Source of the DNA: Promethearchaeota archaeon
Lineage (GTDB): Archaea > Asgardarchaeota > Lokiarchaeia > Sigyniarchaeales > SOKP01
Reading direction: 5' to 3'
Assembly: GCA_016839555.1 (NCBI GenBank)
Contig: JAEOUA010000001.1
Location: forward strand, 128,001 to 192,000
Length of the DNA: 64,000 nt
In this document: one piece after another, positions 30,309 to 40,167 of the stretch
How the letters are laid out: every line of letters starts with the position of its first letter
Numbering within the stretch: position 1 is the stretch's first letter
Position numbers and translations under genes: made by a program
The notes under the pieces: generated by a model
What the model was told of the DNA's origin: nothing
Databases searched by the model: none
The model's input: only the letters and a program-made list of their open reading frames with translations

Positions 30309-30992
30309 ATGCCAAAAAAGAAAGAACAAAAAGAAGAGAGGGAATATTCATTAGAGGAAGCATTAAAATCCTCTCAAAAAACGGGAAGTGACTTACAGAA
30401 TTTTTTAAGTGCTTTATCTAAAGGAAAAGGATTTTATCAAGGAATTCAAAAACCAGAAGAAAAAAAAGAGCAAGAAAAAACAGATCCTCAGTTATCATAT
30501 GATGGAGAACCTTCTAAAAAGGCAGCAGAGGATTATATTATAGAGGATATTTCTATTTCAGAAAAAAAAACTAAAAGTGTTAAAAAGGAAGTAGATATTT
30601 CAAAAGAGGCAAAAGAGACAAAAAAAGATGAGGAATTACAAAAAATATCTATTTACAAGAAATTAAATGAATTTTTCCAGCAAGTCTTTGAAAATTATGA
30701 GATAAGATATAATAGATGGGAAGATTCTATAAATGCTTTAGTTTCTGTGTTACGAAAAATGAGAAAAGTCACCAAAGATAATACTCAACAATTAGTATCT
30801 GGTATTAAAAATATCTATGGGGAGATTAAAACAAATTTAGAGCAATTTAAAATAAAGCGGGATGAAATGGAGAAGGTTTCCGGTGTAAATATTGAAGAAA
30901 TGTCGAGAGAGTTCAAAAAATTGATTGGATTAATGAGCATCCAATTAAAGGAATATCAATTACGCAAATTAACAGATGAATTATTTTATTAG
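30309..30992 (+). CDS. Hypothetical protein: charged disordered N-half, helical/coiled-coil C-half
   Basis: K/E-rich sequence. ATG at 30309 lies within the ORF 30297..30992. Confidence 0.75.
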   Translation: MPKKKEQKEEREYSLEEALKSSQKTGSDLQNFLSALSKGKGFYQGIQKPEEKKEQEKTDPQLSYDGEPSKKAAEDYIIEDISISEKKTKSVKKEVDISKEAKETKKDEELQKISIYKKLNEFFQQVFENYEIRYNRWEDSINALVSVLRKMRKVTKDNTQQLVSGIKNIYGEIKTNLEQFKIKRDEMEKVSGVNIEEMSREFKKLIGLMSIQLKEYQLRKLTDELFY

Positions 30993-31076
30993 CTTTTATT
31001 CTACATTTCATTATATTAATATCTTAATTATATTTATTATTTCATTTCGTTTTTATATAACTATTATATATTAAAA

Positions 31077-32216
31077 ATGTCCTATGGAACTTCTAAATAT
31101 AGTAGAGCGCTTATTTTAGATATCGGAAGCAGTAATTTTCGAATGGGATGGGCGGGCTCAGATGACCCTGAAATTATAGAGTCTTTTATCTATGCTCGGA
31201 CTACAAATTTTCAATTTCAATCGGAATTTATTGATGGCTTTAAAGAAATTTTTTCTAATAAAATAGAGAATGATTATCTATTCGGAAGCGAAGCTTTAAG
31301 TTATCAAGGGATTTTAAAGCTAGAAGATCTTAACAGAGAAGAGAATCCAAATATTTTTATTAAATATTTTCTTCATCAATATCAGAAGCTAAACATTCCT
31401 TCTGAATTCCGATTTAAACAACATATAATTTTAATCGATCCATTTTTAATGAGTGATTTAGAAAAAGACAAATATAAAAAAATATTTTTTGAGCGTTTAA
31501 AATTTCCTTCATTATTATTTCTTCCTTCTGATATGGCAATACTCACGACGTTAAATAAAGTCGATGGAGTTATTGTCAATATAGGTGCAAAAAATACTTA
31601 TATATCTTCAGTTTATCATGGATTTACCGATTCAATGGCAAAAGATAGTGTTCCTATTGGTGGTCGAGAATTAACTAACTATTTTTTAAATATGATTTTG
31701 ACGGGGAAAGGAGCTAATAAAAATTTCTTTTTTGATTTTTGGATGGCTAAAAAAATAAAAGAAGAAATGGCATTATGTGTTTTACATCCAAAACAAGAAA
31801 GAAATAAAATTCAAGAAGATTTTATTGAATACGATAAAATAATACATTTACCAAATAAATATAGTTTTAAAATTAATTTTGAAAGGTTTATGTTAGTTGA
31901 ACCTCTATTTAACCCCCAATTAATCCATATTGACCATAGAAATATTATTGAAAGTATTGTAAAGACCGTTAAATTTTGGGAAAGAGAACAGAGACCTGAA
32001 TTATTATCAAACATTATTATATCAGGGGGAAGTAGTCAAATTCCTGGATTGAAAAAAAGGATAGAATTTGAATTAAAAAAACATTTTGCAGACAAATTGG
32101 AACCCGTGATAAAAGTAATTTCTCCTCAGAGTCGTGAGAATATGGCTTGGATTGGCGCTTCAATCTTATCTTCTCAAGGAAAATTAAAAGAAGGGCTCAA
32201 AAATCCTGATTTATAA
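31077..32216 (+). CDS. Divergent actin-family (actin-related) protein
   Basis: LILDIGSSNFRMGWAGSDDP, IGGRELTNY, IKEEMALC, ERFMLVEPLFNP, NIIISGGSSQIPGLKKRI, AWIGASILS match eukaryote-type actin motifs. Confidence 0.93.
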   Translation: MSYGTSKYSRALILDIGSSNFRMGWAGSDDPEIIESFIYARTTNFQFQSEFIDGFKEIFSNKIENDYLFGSEALSYQGILKLEDLNREENPNIFIKYFLHQYQKLNIPSEFRFKQHIILIDPFLMSDLEKDKYKKIFFERLKFPSLLFLPSDMAILTTLNKVDGVIVNIGAKNTYISSVYHGFTDSMAKDSVPIGGRELTNYFLNMILTGKGANKNFFFDFWMAKKIKEEMALCVLHPKQERNKIQEDFIEYDKIIHLPNKYSFKINFERFMLVEPLFNPQLIHIDHRNIIESIVKTVKFWEREQRPELLSNIIISGGSSQIPGLKKRIEFELKKHFADKLEPVIKVISPQSRENMAWIGASILSSQGKLKEGLKNPDL

Positions 32217-32292
32217 TAAAATATACTGATCTCTATATTTTGATAATTAATTACAAATTTGAAAGCATAATAAAAATAAAGGAAAAAAAAAA

Positions 32293-34866
32293 ATGTTGAG
32301 AAGCTTTAACCGTGAAGAAAGTTTCTTAAGCGATTTTCAAGAGCGATATCAGCAAGGAAAAGAATTACTTTCTCAAGGAGATCATCATTGGGCAACTCGC
32401 TTAATTGTTGACCTTTTTTTTCGTATAGAAAGTGAAGTTTGGATTTCCACTCAAAAAAAGCAACAATTAATTCTAAAATTATCAAAGCTCTGGATAAATT
32501 ATATTAATTCTCTTAAAATTAATGGAGAAATTACTGATCTAATTAAATATATTGATGCATATGATAGACTTTTTTCATTTCTTATTCAGATAGAAAATTA
32601 TAATATGTTTGAGATTTCTATTAACGAATTATTAAGAGTACTTGTGAAAATGGATGATTTACCAATCTCAAAAATCTCAAAATTTATTAACTCTATTTCT
32701 GTAAAATTTATCGAACAAGAAAACTATATTGAATTAATTGAAATACAATTTTTGTTAATTTTTCTTCAAGATTCAATTGTTCATGTAATATATTTTCATG
32801 AAATAATGGATTATTTATCTCAAATAATGAAAAAAATTGAACCATCCAAAAGAACACTATTTTTATATATGATCTTAGAAAATGTGAATATTAAATTTGA
32901 TCTTAGAGTGGATATTAAAGATTTTGTAGAAAATATAGGTAAAAAAGTAATCCATTTGGTCTTCCCTCAATTAAAAGAATATTTTAGTGTTCTCAATACA
33001 ATTGTCATAAACGAGCGAACATTTAATTCTATTAAAGATGATTTAATCAATTTATTTTCTTATTTAAATAATATTGGTGAATCTTCTTGGACAATAGTTA
33101 TTATTAGAAATCTTTTCTTTTATATTAATCAATTTGAATCATTTGAGGCTGCAATAGAACAAATTCATCAATTCATTGAATTTTCAATTGATAGAAGTCG
33201 GTTAAATGTTGTTTACACCACCTATGATTATCTAGAATCCATTTTATTGACGCAATCAAAGGAGCAATATCATAATAAATTAATTGAATTATGGGCTGAT
33301 GCTTGTAATAATTTTGCTAATATGAAACAAAAAGATTTTTTGTTGTTGGCTATTGAAAGATTGGTTGAATATCTACAAATTCCTGAAAATAAATCAAATA
33401 TATTCCATTACTTACATTCTTGTAATTATTTATGGAAATTTAGATCAATTTTCTTCTCCTTTAAAGAACAAGATTTTTGGAGGATGATTTTTTATAGAGC
33501 GCTTTACCAAGAAGGTAGTATAAATCTTGCCAAAAAAATCATTCCTTTTTTAAATAAGAATCTCCAAGCCTTCGTGCAAGATTGTGAATCCTTATATAAT
33601 AAAGCTCTTGCAGTAAAAAATGAGATCTATACTCTCGAAGAGAAGAAAGATTATTATCTTCAACAAAAAAACCATCATATTGTAAATATGGTTATCAAAA
33701 TTAATTCCATTGGTGAATTCTCATATCGGATTTATTATTCCGATGAAAATATATTAGAAAGCACCTTTAGAAAAGAACATTGGAATGATACATATATTGT
33801 CAAAATATATAATGATCTATTTTTTAATAACGATGGAAAAAGCTATAATTTTAATTTAAAGGAATTTGGAAAAATATTATATCTTTTACTTCCAAAAGAA
33901 ATTCGAGATTATTTTTCTCAATTTAGAACTCAAGTTCTAAGACCTCAAATTTATTTTGTTTTTGATAAAATGACTATTCCCTTTGAATTTATTTATAAAG
34001 AAGGATTTTTTTTATTTGCCTATTCTATCGGGTATAATATAGGTGCCCCCCTCATTATGGGAGCAAAATTCTTAATAGAAAAAGAACATTCTCAAAAAAT
34101 TACAACAGATCATGGATCAGAAGCATTATTAATAGATTCAATTAACGCTTTAGCTCCAAAACATTGGCAGGAAGATGAAAATAGAAAGAAATTATTATAT
34201 GAATTTCCATCAGGAGCCAATGAATTAAACTATATTAAAGAACTATTTGATAATAGACCTGAAATTCAGAATTTAAAAGTATTATTAGGTTCTGAAAGTA
34301 CGAAAGGAACAATTTTAGAAGAAATATCTCAAGGTAATTACCATATAATCTATTTTGTAGGAAATATAATTTTTTCAGAATCTCATCCAAGTTATAGTTA
34401 TTTTATCACAAATGATGAATCTATCCTGAAATTTATAGATCTATTTAATGCGTTGGAAACTCAAGAGAAAAAAGTAAAGCCAATTTTATTCTTCGATACC
34501 CAAATGTTTGATAGAAAAGGAAATAGATTAAAAGAAGCATTAGGATTTTTCTCTGAGATTATTTCAGAATTAAATTTTAATAATGTTAAGGGAGTTATTT
34601 GTAGAAACTATACCGATTTTAATATAGATACCAAAAAAATAATTTCAGAGTTTTTTAACAATCTTCTTGAAAAAAACAGCTTAGGTATTTCTTTGCTTAA
34701 AGCTCGTGAAACTCTTCTACCGAAAATACCAAAACTAATTAAGAAGCAATTGGATGGAGAAAATCCCGTAGATCCAGACATTGATAAAAGTAAACATGTT
34801 AATATTGAGAATAGTCAAAAGTTTTTGAGTTTTCTATTATTTGGTGAGCCATGGAATAAAATATAG
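32293..34866 (+). CDS. Large helical-repeat protein with C-terminal CHAT (caspase/HetF)-like domain lacking the catalytic His/Cys
   Basis: LKEFGKILYLLLP, IPFEFI, ANELNYI, TKGTIL..I...YHIIYFVGN, LFFDTQ, FF..L....SLGISLLKAR and FLLFGEP follow the CHAT motif order. Confidence 0.75.
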   Translation: MLRSFNREESFLSDFQERYQQGKELLSQGDHHWATRLIVDLFFRIESEVWISTQKKQQLILKLSKLWINYINSLKINGEITDLIKYIDAYDRLFSFLIQIENYNMFEISINELLRVLVKMDDLPISKISKFINSISVKFIEQENYIELIEIQFLLIFLQDSIVHVIYFHEIMDYLSQIMKKIEPSKRTLFLYMILENVNIKFDLRVDIKDFVENIGKKVIHLVFPQLKEYFSVLNTIVINERTFNSIKDDLINLFSYLNNIGESSWTIVIIRNLFFYINQFESFEAAIEQIHQFIEFSIDRSRLNVVYTTYDYLESILLTQSKEQYHNKLIELWADACNNFANMKQKDFLLLAIERLVEYLQIPENKSNIFHYLHSCNYLWKFRSIFFSFKEQDFWRMIFYRALYQEGSINLAKKIIPFLNKNLQAFVQDCESLYNKALAVKNEIYTLEEKKDYYLQQKNHHIVNMVIKINSIGEFSYRIYYSDENILESTFRKEHWNDTYIVKIYNDLFFNNDGKSYNFNLKEFGKILYLLLPKEIRDYFSQFRTQVLRPQIYFVFDKMTIPFEFIYKEGFFLFAYSIGYNIGAPLIMGAKFLIEKEHSQKITTDHGSEALLIDSINALAPKHWQEDENRKKLLYEFPSGANELNYIKELFDNRPEIQNLKVLLGSESTKGTILEEISQGNYHIIYFVGNIIFSESHPSYSYFITNDESILKFIDLFNALETQEKKVKPILFFDTQMFDRKGNRLKEALGFFSEIISELNFNNVKGVICRNYTDFNIDTKKIISEFFNNLLEKNSLGISLLKARETLLPKIPKLIKKQLDGENPVDPDIDKSKHVNIENSQKFLSFLLFGEPWNKI

Positions 34867-34986
34867 CCATATCATTCTAAAGTTTTAATATCATAAACAA
34901 ATATTGTTTATAATTATTAAAAATAACTTTAAATATAATTTATTTATTCTATTAATATAGAATCATAAAAGGAGTAAAGAAAAAAA

Positions 34987-35511
34987 TTGTCTGACAGATT
35001 ATTAGAACTCAGAATCGAAAATCAGAAATTAAAAAATCAAGTTGAACAATTAGAAAATAAAATATTATCGTTGGTAGGAAATATTGAAATTGAAGTATCA
35101 CAAAAAGGTTTATTAAATGAAGAGATATTAATTTTATTTGAAAATACAGAAAAAAATTTAAATATTTTAACGCCTTATATCGATAAATTCTATAATAATG
35201 AGCTAAAAAGATTAAGCCAAAAAGGTATTAATATATTGGTTATTATTCATGATAGAAGTTTAATTCCTAATAAATATAGAATATTTTATGATGAATTAAA
35301 AACAAAATCAAACATTCATATTGTAAATAATCCAAATATAAAATGTCTTGTAATATTTAATGAAAAAAATGGTATTTATTCTGGAGGCGCTCTGGATAAA
35401 GATGTATTAGATAAATCAATTTTAATTGAAACTAAAATAAATGAAGCAACTAAACTCTATAAAATCAAGCAAATCTATAATCTTTTCCTCCCATCATTTA
35501 TGAGAAAATAG
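34987..35511 (+). CDS. Coiled coil plus PLD-like domain lacking the HKD motif
   Basis: EKNLNILTPYID, KGINILVI, NIKCLVIFNEKNGIYSGGAL (in place of HxKxxxxD...GSxN). Confidence 0.7.
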   Translation: MSDRLLELRIENQKLKNQVEQLENKILSLVGNIEIEVSQKGLLNEEILILFENTEKNLNILTPYIDKFYNNELKRLSQKGINILVIIHDRSLIPNKYRIFYDELKTKSNIHIVNNPNIKCLVIFNEKNGIYSGGALDKDVLDKSILIETKINEATKLYKIKQIYNLFLPSFMRK

Positions 35512-35573
35512 GATGAATATTATAGTTTTTTATTATATTTCTTTTCTTTAATAGTTTTTAGTTTTTAAAAAAG

Positions 35574-36065
35574 TTAAAGAATAATTTTATTTTCATATAA
35601 AAAATTAGATATATCATCGGCTACTAATTCTCTAGCAACTTGAATCTCACATTTATTCCAAATTTTTGTTTCTTTAATATTTTCCCATTCTTTCTCACTA
35701 AGATAATCTTCATTAATTTTATGAGTGTTTTTTAAATCATCAAGAATATTATCATTTACCCTAAAAACACTAATTTTATAATAAAGAACAAATCGTCTTC
35801 TACCATTTGGATAATTAATCTCTTGAATGTTTAAATTTAGTTCATCAATTAATCTTGATATTAATAATTGATTGATATTGCTATTATTTCCATTTTGTTG
35901 GAATTGGATAATTATTCTAGATTTATAATAATTTTCATTAGAATCTATGATATTAATAAATATATTGGCATTTCTTCTTAGGTCGTTTATTCTATAATCT
36001 TCATCTTCGCCTGTTTCACGAGCTATTTTTTTTAATGCTAGAATTACAGTGTCAGTTTTCATCAT
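35574..36065 (-). CDS. Hypothetical protein
   Basis: 163-aa ORF downstream of the R-M gene, with no recognised motif. Confidence 0.6.
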   Translation of the reverse strand: MMKTDTVILALKKIARETGEDEDYRINDLRRNANIFINIIDSNENYYKSRIIIQFQQNGNNSNINQLLISRLIDELNLNIQEINYPNGRRRFVLYYKISVFRVNDNILDDLKNTHKINEDYLSEKEWENIKETKIWNKCEIQVARELVADDISNFLYENKIIL

Positions 36066-36268
36066 AAGAATAAGTTATAAAAATTAATTTTAAGATTATA
36101 TCAACTTTATTCTTATTTATATTGAGAGAGAATGTAAAATTAGTAATTTTTTATGAAAATTTCTGATTAATATTAAATAAGCTAAAAGATTTATATTAAA
36201 TCAAAAATCTAGAGACAATAATGAAATAAAATTCTCTAAAATCATAAAATAAAATTAGTGATTCTAAT

Positions 36269-39244
36269 TTATTCCAAAAGATATTCCTTTATTATTTTTA
36301 GCCCTTTAACACCTTTTAAAATCTTAAGTCCAAGTTTTCTTATGTTATCATGTTCCTCCTTAATTAATCTTCGAATTGTAGACATTTTCAATTCTTCTCC
36401 TGAATTAGCTAATTCCTCTATTTTAATTGAACATTGCTTAGCGAACCTTGCTATTTCTTTTTGGTCTTTACTACTAGAAAATTTTGGAATATTAAAATAT
36501 AATGGTCGCTTATGATGATGTCTAGTATCGCTTATGGTTTTAGTACTTTTATAAAGTTTTTTGATATTAAGCATGCCACATAAATAATATGCTTCTTCTT
36601 CAATATCAGTTCCATAATAGTATAAAGTTGAATCTACAAAAATTATACCTTTAGGATCTTCTATAACTGCTGCCATAAGAGATTTTGCATTTGGAAAAAC
36701 AATTTTATATTTTTTTCTTTGCTCTTTTCTTACTTTACCATTTTTACATAATTTATTTCGATAATTTATCCCAATATCATAGAGATTATATTTATTTTCC
36801 TCTCTATATATCTTTTTTATCTTATTCCAATGTTTTCTACTATATGGACCAATTTTTTCTGGTTTATATTCAAGATTTTTATTTAAGGGTAGAAATATAT
36901 CATAAAGTTTTATATAATAAGGGAATAAACCTCTAGACAAGGTTGCCTTAAATAAATTTTCAGTCTCTACTCTTTCTCTGCTGAAATGTTTGTTTTTCCA
37001 AAAACCTTTTGCTTGAGGAGAAATCCAAGGTTCAATAATGGAGATTCTTCCATTCTCAGTTTGATCTAATATTTCTACATACAATAAAGATTTTGGTATC
37101 ATATCTGCTCCTTGAATAAATTCGGAATAATATTCAGAAAGACTAAAAGGAAGTAATTCATCTTTTTGCTCAGGTCTAATTAATTTTTTTATAAGATATT
37201 TTTCTCCTCTTTGAGGTTCAAAATATGCGTAAGGAGTAAGTTCAAATTTTTTTTGTTTTTCCATTATTTGGGCATCAAAATATGTACATTTAGCAGGATA
37301 TTTTTCAAATACATCTCGCCGACGAGCAATTTCAGTAATAAAACTACCAAAAAAGCAACAACAATCTATATTAAATACTAAGTCATTGAACTCAAAAAAT
37401 TCAATATCTTTAAAAATGTCGAATCTTCGGGCTTTTTGATTTTGAGATGAAACTAATAAAGATCGTGGCATTACAAAACCAACTCTTCCTTTTCCATCTC
37501 TTCTTAAATATAAATTCGGTATTTTATACAAAAATATGATTGCTTCTTCAATATTTGTAACATTATGAGCTCCGGGTTTGATATTATATTGTTCAGAAAT
37601 TTTTTTCATATCATTACGTAATTTTATATCTGCATCTTTATATGTAAGCCAAGGAGGATTAGTAATAATTAAGTCCATCTTTTTCTGTAATAATAAGGAT
37701 CTAATACCAACAAGATTATTAAGAATATATAACCAGATATGATCTTTTTCTTGAGCTTTTAATTCGAATAATTCTTCAAAAAATTCTAAAATTGGGTGCC
37801 TAATCTTGGATTGATCACTTAGAAAGGAGTTATCAAAATTAATTGAAATTCTTGCTAAAGCAGCTTCCCAAACATCATCAAAATTATGAAAATCTTCCCA
37901 GACATTATATATTGATCTAACTAGTTTCTGAAAAAGTTCTATGTTTTTCTCAGTTAAAACATCACCAGGTATTCGTAATTCTATTTCATCTCCAAGTAAA
38001 TCAACACAAAAACTATAAAACTTCCCAAGTTGGACATCTTGAGTTGGTGAAAATTGAAGAGGATCGATTGAATTGCATAAAAAAACATTAATAGAAATCT
38101 TTTCAATCCATTTCCGATGGGATTTTAAATATAATAATATGTTTGCTTTAGAAGTAAGAATGGCAATAGGATTAATATCAAATCCAAAAATATTATTTAC
38201 AGCTTCAAACCATTCATTTGGGGGTTTTTTATCTGAAAATGATATATTATCATCGATTTTTTTAAGGATTTCAATAAGAAATGTTCCAGATCCACATGAT
38301 GAGTCTAATACACGCATTCCTAATTTATATTCTTTTTCAACCATTTTTTTACATAATCGTTCAGGAGTATAATATTCTCCTAATCGATGTCTAACACCAG
38401 CAATAATCATTTCTTGATAAATTGCTCTAAAAATGTCGGTAGCTTTAAACTCCATGGTTTTCATTTTGTTAAAAAATTCATCGCATAACCCTTCTACATT
38501 TATTACCCATCTAAAAAAATCATAATGAAATAATGAAATTCCTAATAATTCAAAATAATTTTCCAATCCTTTAAAAGAATCTCTGGAATATTCACCTGGT
38601 TCCATGAATTCTTGATAAAGAATTAATTTCAATAACATGCTCAGATAAGAATGTCTAAAGAATAACTCTTTTCCAACATCTTCATCATGATAAGCTAATG
38701 AAAAGTGTTTTTTCCATTGTTGAAAGCAAACTGTCTTTTCCCCATTTCGTTCTATAAAATGGTTCTCCAAGCGTGAATATGCTAATATATACATAGGAGA
38801 ATTTATTCCAAATAAAATAGCAAATTGTTCAGAATCTATGATCTTTGGACCTAAAACACTTTCAATTAAAGATATTATCGTTTTTTCATTAATATCTCGT
38901 TTATTCTGTATTACTAATTCTTTATTGAAATAATAAATATATTTTTCTGAAATTACTATTAGAAGATTTGGATATTTACCACGAGTGGAAAAATATTCAT
39001 TAATATATTGTGTACCCTTTGTTTTGACCCATTTTTCTAAGTCTTTCTCAGTTATGTTATATTTATAATCAATGATTACATCACCAATTAAACAATCAGG
39101 TCTTCCTTCTAAGACTCTCTCTTGAGCTTGATATTCTAATTCCAATCTATCAAATATACTGTCAAACCAATGCTCTATATCAAATTCTTTCGTTGCTTTG
39201 TTTAATTGGGTTAAATCCATTTCAATGTCTTTAAGTATAATCAT
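36269..39244 (-). CDS. Fused restriction-modification enzyme (Type IIG/IIC-like, N6-adenine MTase)
   Basis: N-terminal RPDCLIGDVIIDYK (PD-(D/E)xK), LGEYYTP, VLDSSCGSGTFL, GFDINP, NPPW, and a C-terminal TRD-like region. Confidence 0.88.
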   Translation of the reverse strand: MIILKDIEMDLTQLNKATKEFDIEHWFDSIFDRLELEYQAQERVLEGRPDCLIGDVIIDYKYNITEKDLEKWVKTKGTQYINEYFSTRGKYPNLLIVISEKYIYYFNKELVIQNKRDINEKTIISLIESVLGPKIIDSEQFAILFGINSPMYILAYSRLENHFIERNGEKTVCFQQWKKHFSLAYHDEDVGKELFFRHSYLSMLLKLILYQEFMEPGEYSRDSFKGLENYFELLGISLFHYDFFRWVINVEGLCDEFFNKMKTMEFKATDIFRAIYQEMIIAGVRHRLGEYYTPERLCKKMVEKEYKLGMRVLDSSCGSGTFLIEILKKIDDNISFSDKKPPNEWFEAVNNIFGFDINPIAILTSKANILLYLKSHRKWIEKISINVFLCNSIDPLQFSPTQDVQLGKFYSFCVDLLGDEIELRIPGDVLTEKNIELFQKLVRSIYNVWEDFHNFDDVWEAALARISINFDNSFLSDQSKIRHPILEFFEELFELKAQEKDHIWLYILNNLVGIRSLLLQKKMDLIITNPPWLTYKDADIKLRNDMKKISEQYNIKPGAHNVTNIEEAIIFLYKIPNLYLRRDGKGRVGFVMPRSLLVSSQNQKARRFDIFKDIEFFEFNDLVFNIDCCCFFGSFITEIARRRDVFEKYPAKCTYFDAQIMEKQKKFELTPYAYFEPQRGEKYLIKKLIRPEQKDELLPFSLSEYYSEFIQGADMIPKSLLYVEILDQTENGRISIIEPWISPQAKGFWKNKHFSRERVETENLFKATLSRGLFPYYIKLYDIFLPLNKNLEYKPEKIGPYSRKHWNKIKKIYREENKYNLYDIGINYRNKLCKNGKVRKEQRKKYKIVFPNAKSLMAAVIEDPKGIIFVDSTLYYYGTDIEEEAYYLCGMLNIKKLYKSTKTISDTRHHHKRPLYFNIPKFSSSKDQKEIARFAKQCSIKIEELANSGEELKMSTIRRLIKEEHDNIRKLGLKILKGVKGLKIIKEYLLE

Positions 39245-39499
39245 ATATATAAAATTGATTTTTAAGCTTAAAATTCTTTTTCTATAAAAAACTGAAAAAA
39301 TATTAGAAACACACTTCTATAAAGTTAATTTTACTAAATTCTTAATGAACAAAAGAAAAAGCAATATTTACTAATAAGATACGATAAATTTTATTGGAAA
39401 GCAAATTTTTAAATTAATATAGTTCTATAGATTTAATATAGAATATCTATTCGATTTAATATAAAAAATTTAATAGGAATTATCATAAGGTTATAACAG

Positions 39500-40105
39500 A
39501 TGCCCAGCCGGCGTGGAGATGGAACACTCGTTTTCAAGATATGTTTTTATGGTCCCAGCCTTGGCGGTAAAACAACTGCCTTAGAGTGGGTTTATAATAA
39601 AGAAGGCCTTGCTAGCGGAGACATGCAGCAAATTGCGGATCCTACTGGAAGGACACTCTTTTTTGACAGGGTTGTGGCTAAGGTAAGCAATGTTGTTTTT
39701 CAAGTTTACACTGTTGCCGGTCAGCGTAGGCATAAATTTCAGAGGCAAACTGTTTTAAAAGGTACAGATGCCATAATTTTTGTGTGGGATAGTTTAATTG
39801 ACCAATGGGAAGAAAATATCTGGTCTTTGAAAGAATTATTACGATTTTATGGGAAAAAACTAATTTCGTCCAAACCAGGGGATCCACCCGAGGTTCCTAT
39901 GGTAGTAATGGCGAATAAGCGCGATTTAGATGATATAATAAAGGTAGATAAAGTTCGAGAAGCTTTAAATACAGCACATCTAGATGATACCTTAGTCTAT
40001 GAGACAATAGCGATCACCGGTGCAAATGTCAAGCGTGCATTTGTCTTTGCATCCCGACAAGCCGTTCTGAACCACTATAAAAAGCTTTCAGGGGAAGTTT
40101 CTTAG
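39500..40105 (+). CDS. MglA-like small GTPase
   Basis: KICFYGPSLGGKTT (G1), GRTLFFD (MglA switch I with Arg), YTVAGQ (G3), NKRD (G4), TIAITG (G5). Confidence 0.92.
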   Translation: MPSRRGDGTLVFKICFYGPSLGGKTTALEWVYNKEGLASGDMQQIADPTGRTLFFDRVVAKVSNVVFQVYTVAGQRRHKFQRQTVLKGTDAIIFVWDSLIDQWEENIWSLKELLRFYGKKLISSKPGDPPEVPMVVMANKRDLDDIIKVDKVREALNTAHLDDTLVYETIAITGANVKRAFVFASRQAVLNHYKKLSGEVS

Positions 40106-40167
40106 TAATACTTAAAGATCCCTAATAATTACTCTTTTTGATTTTGAATTTTACCTGAATTAGAGAA

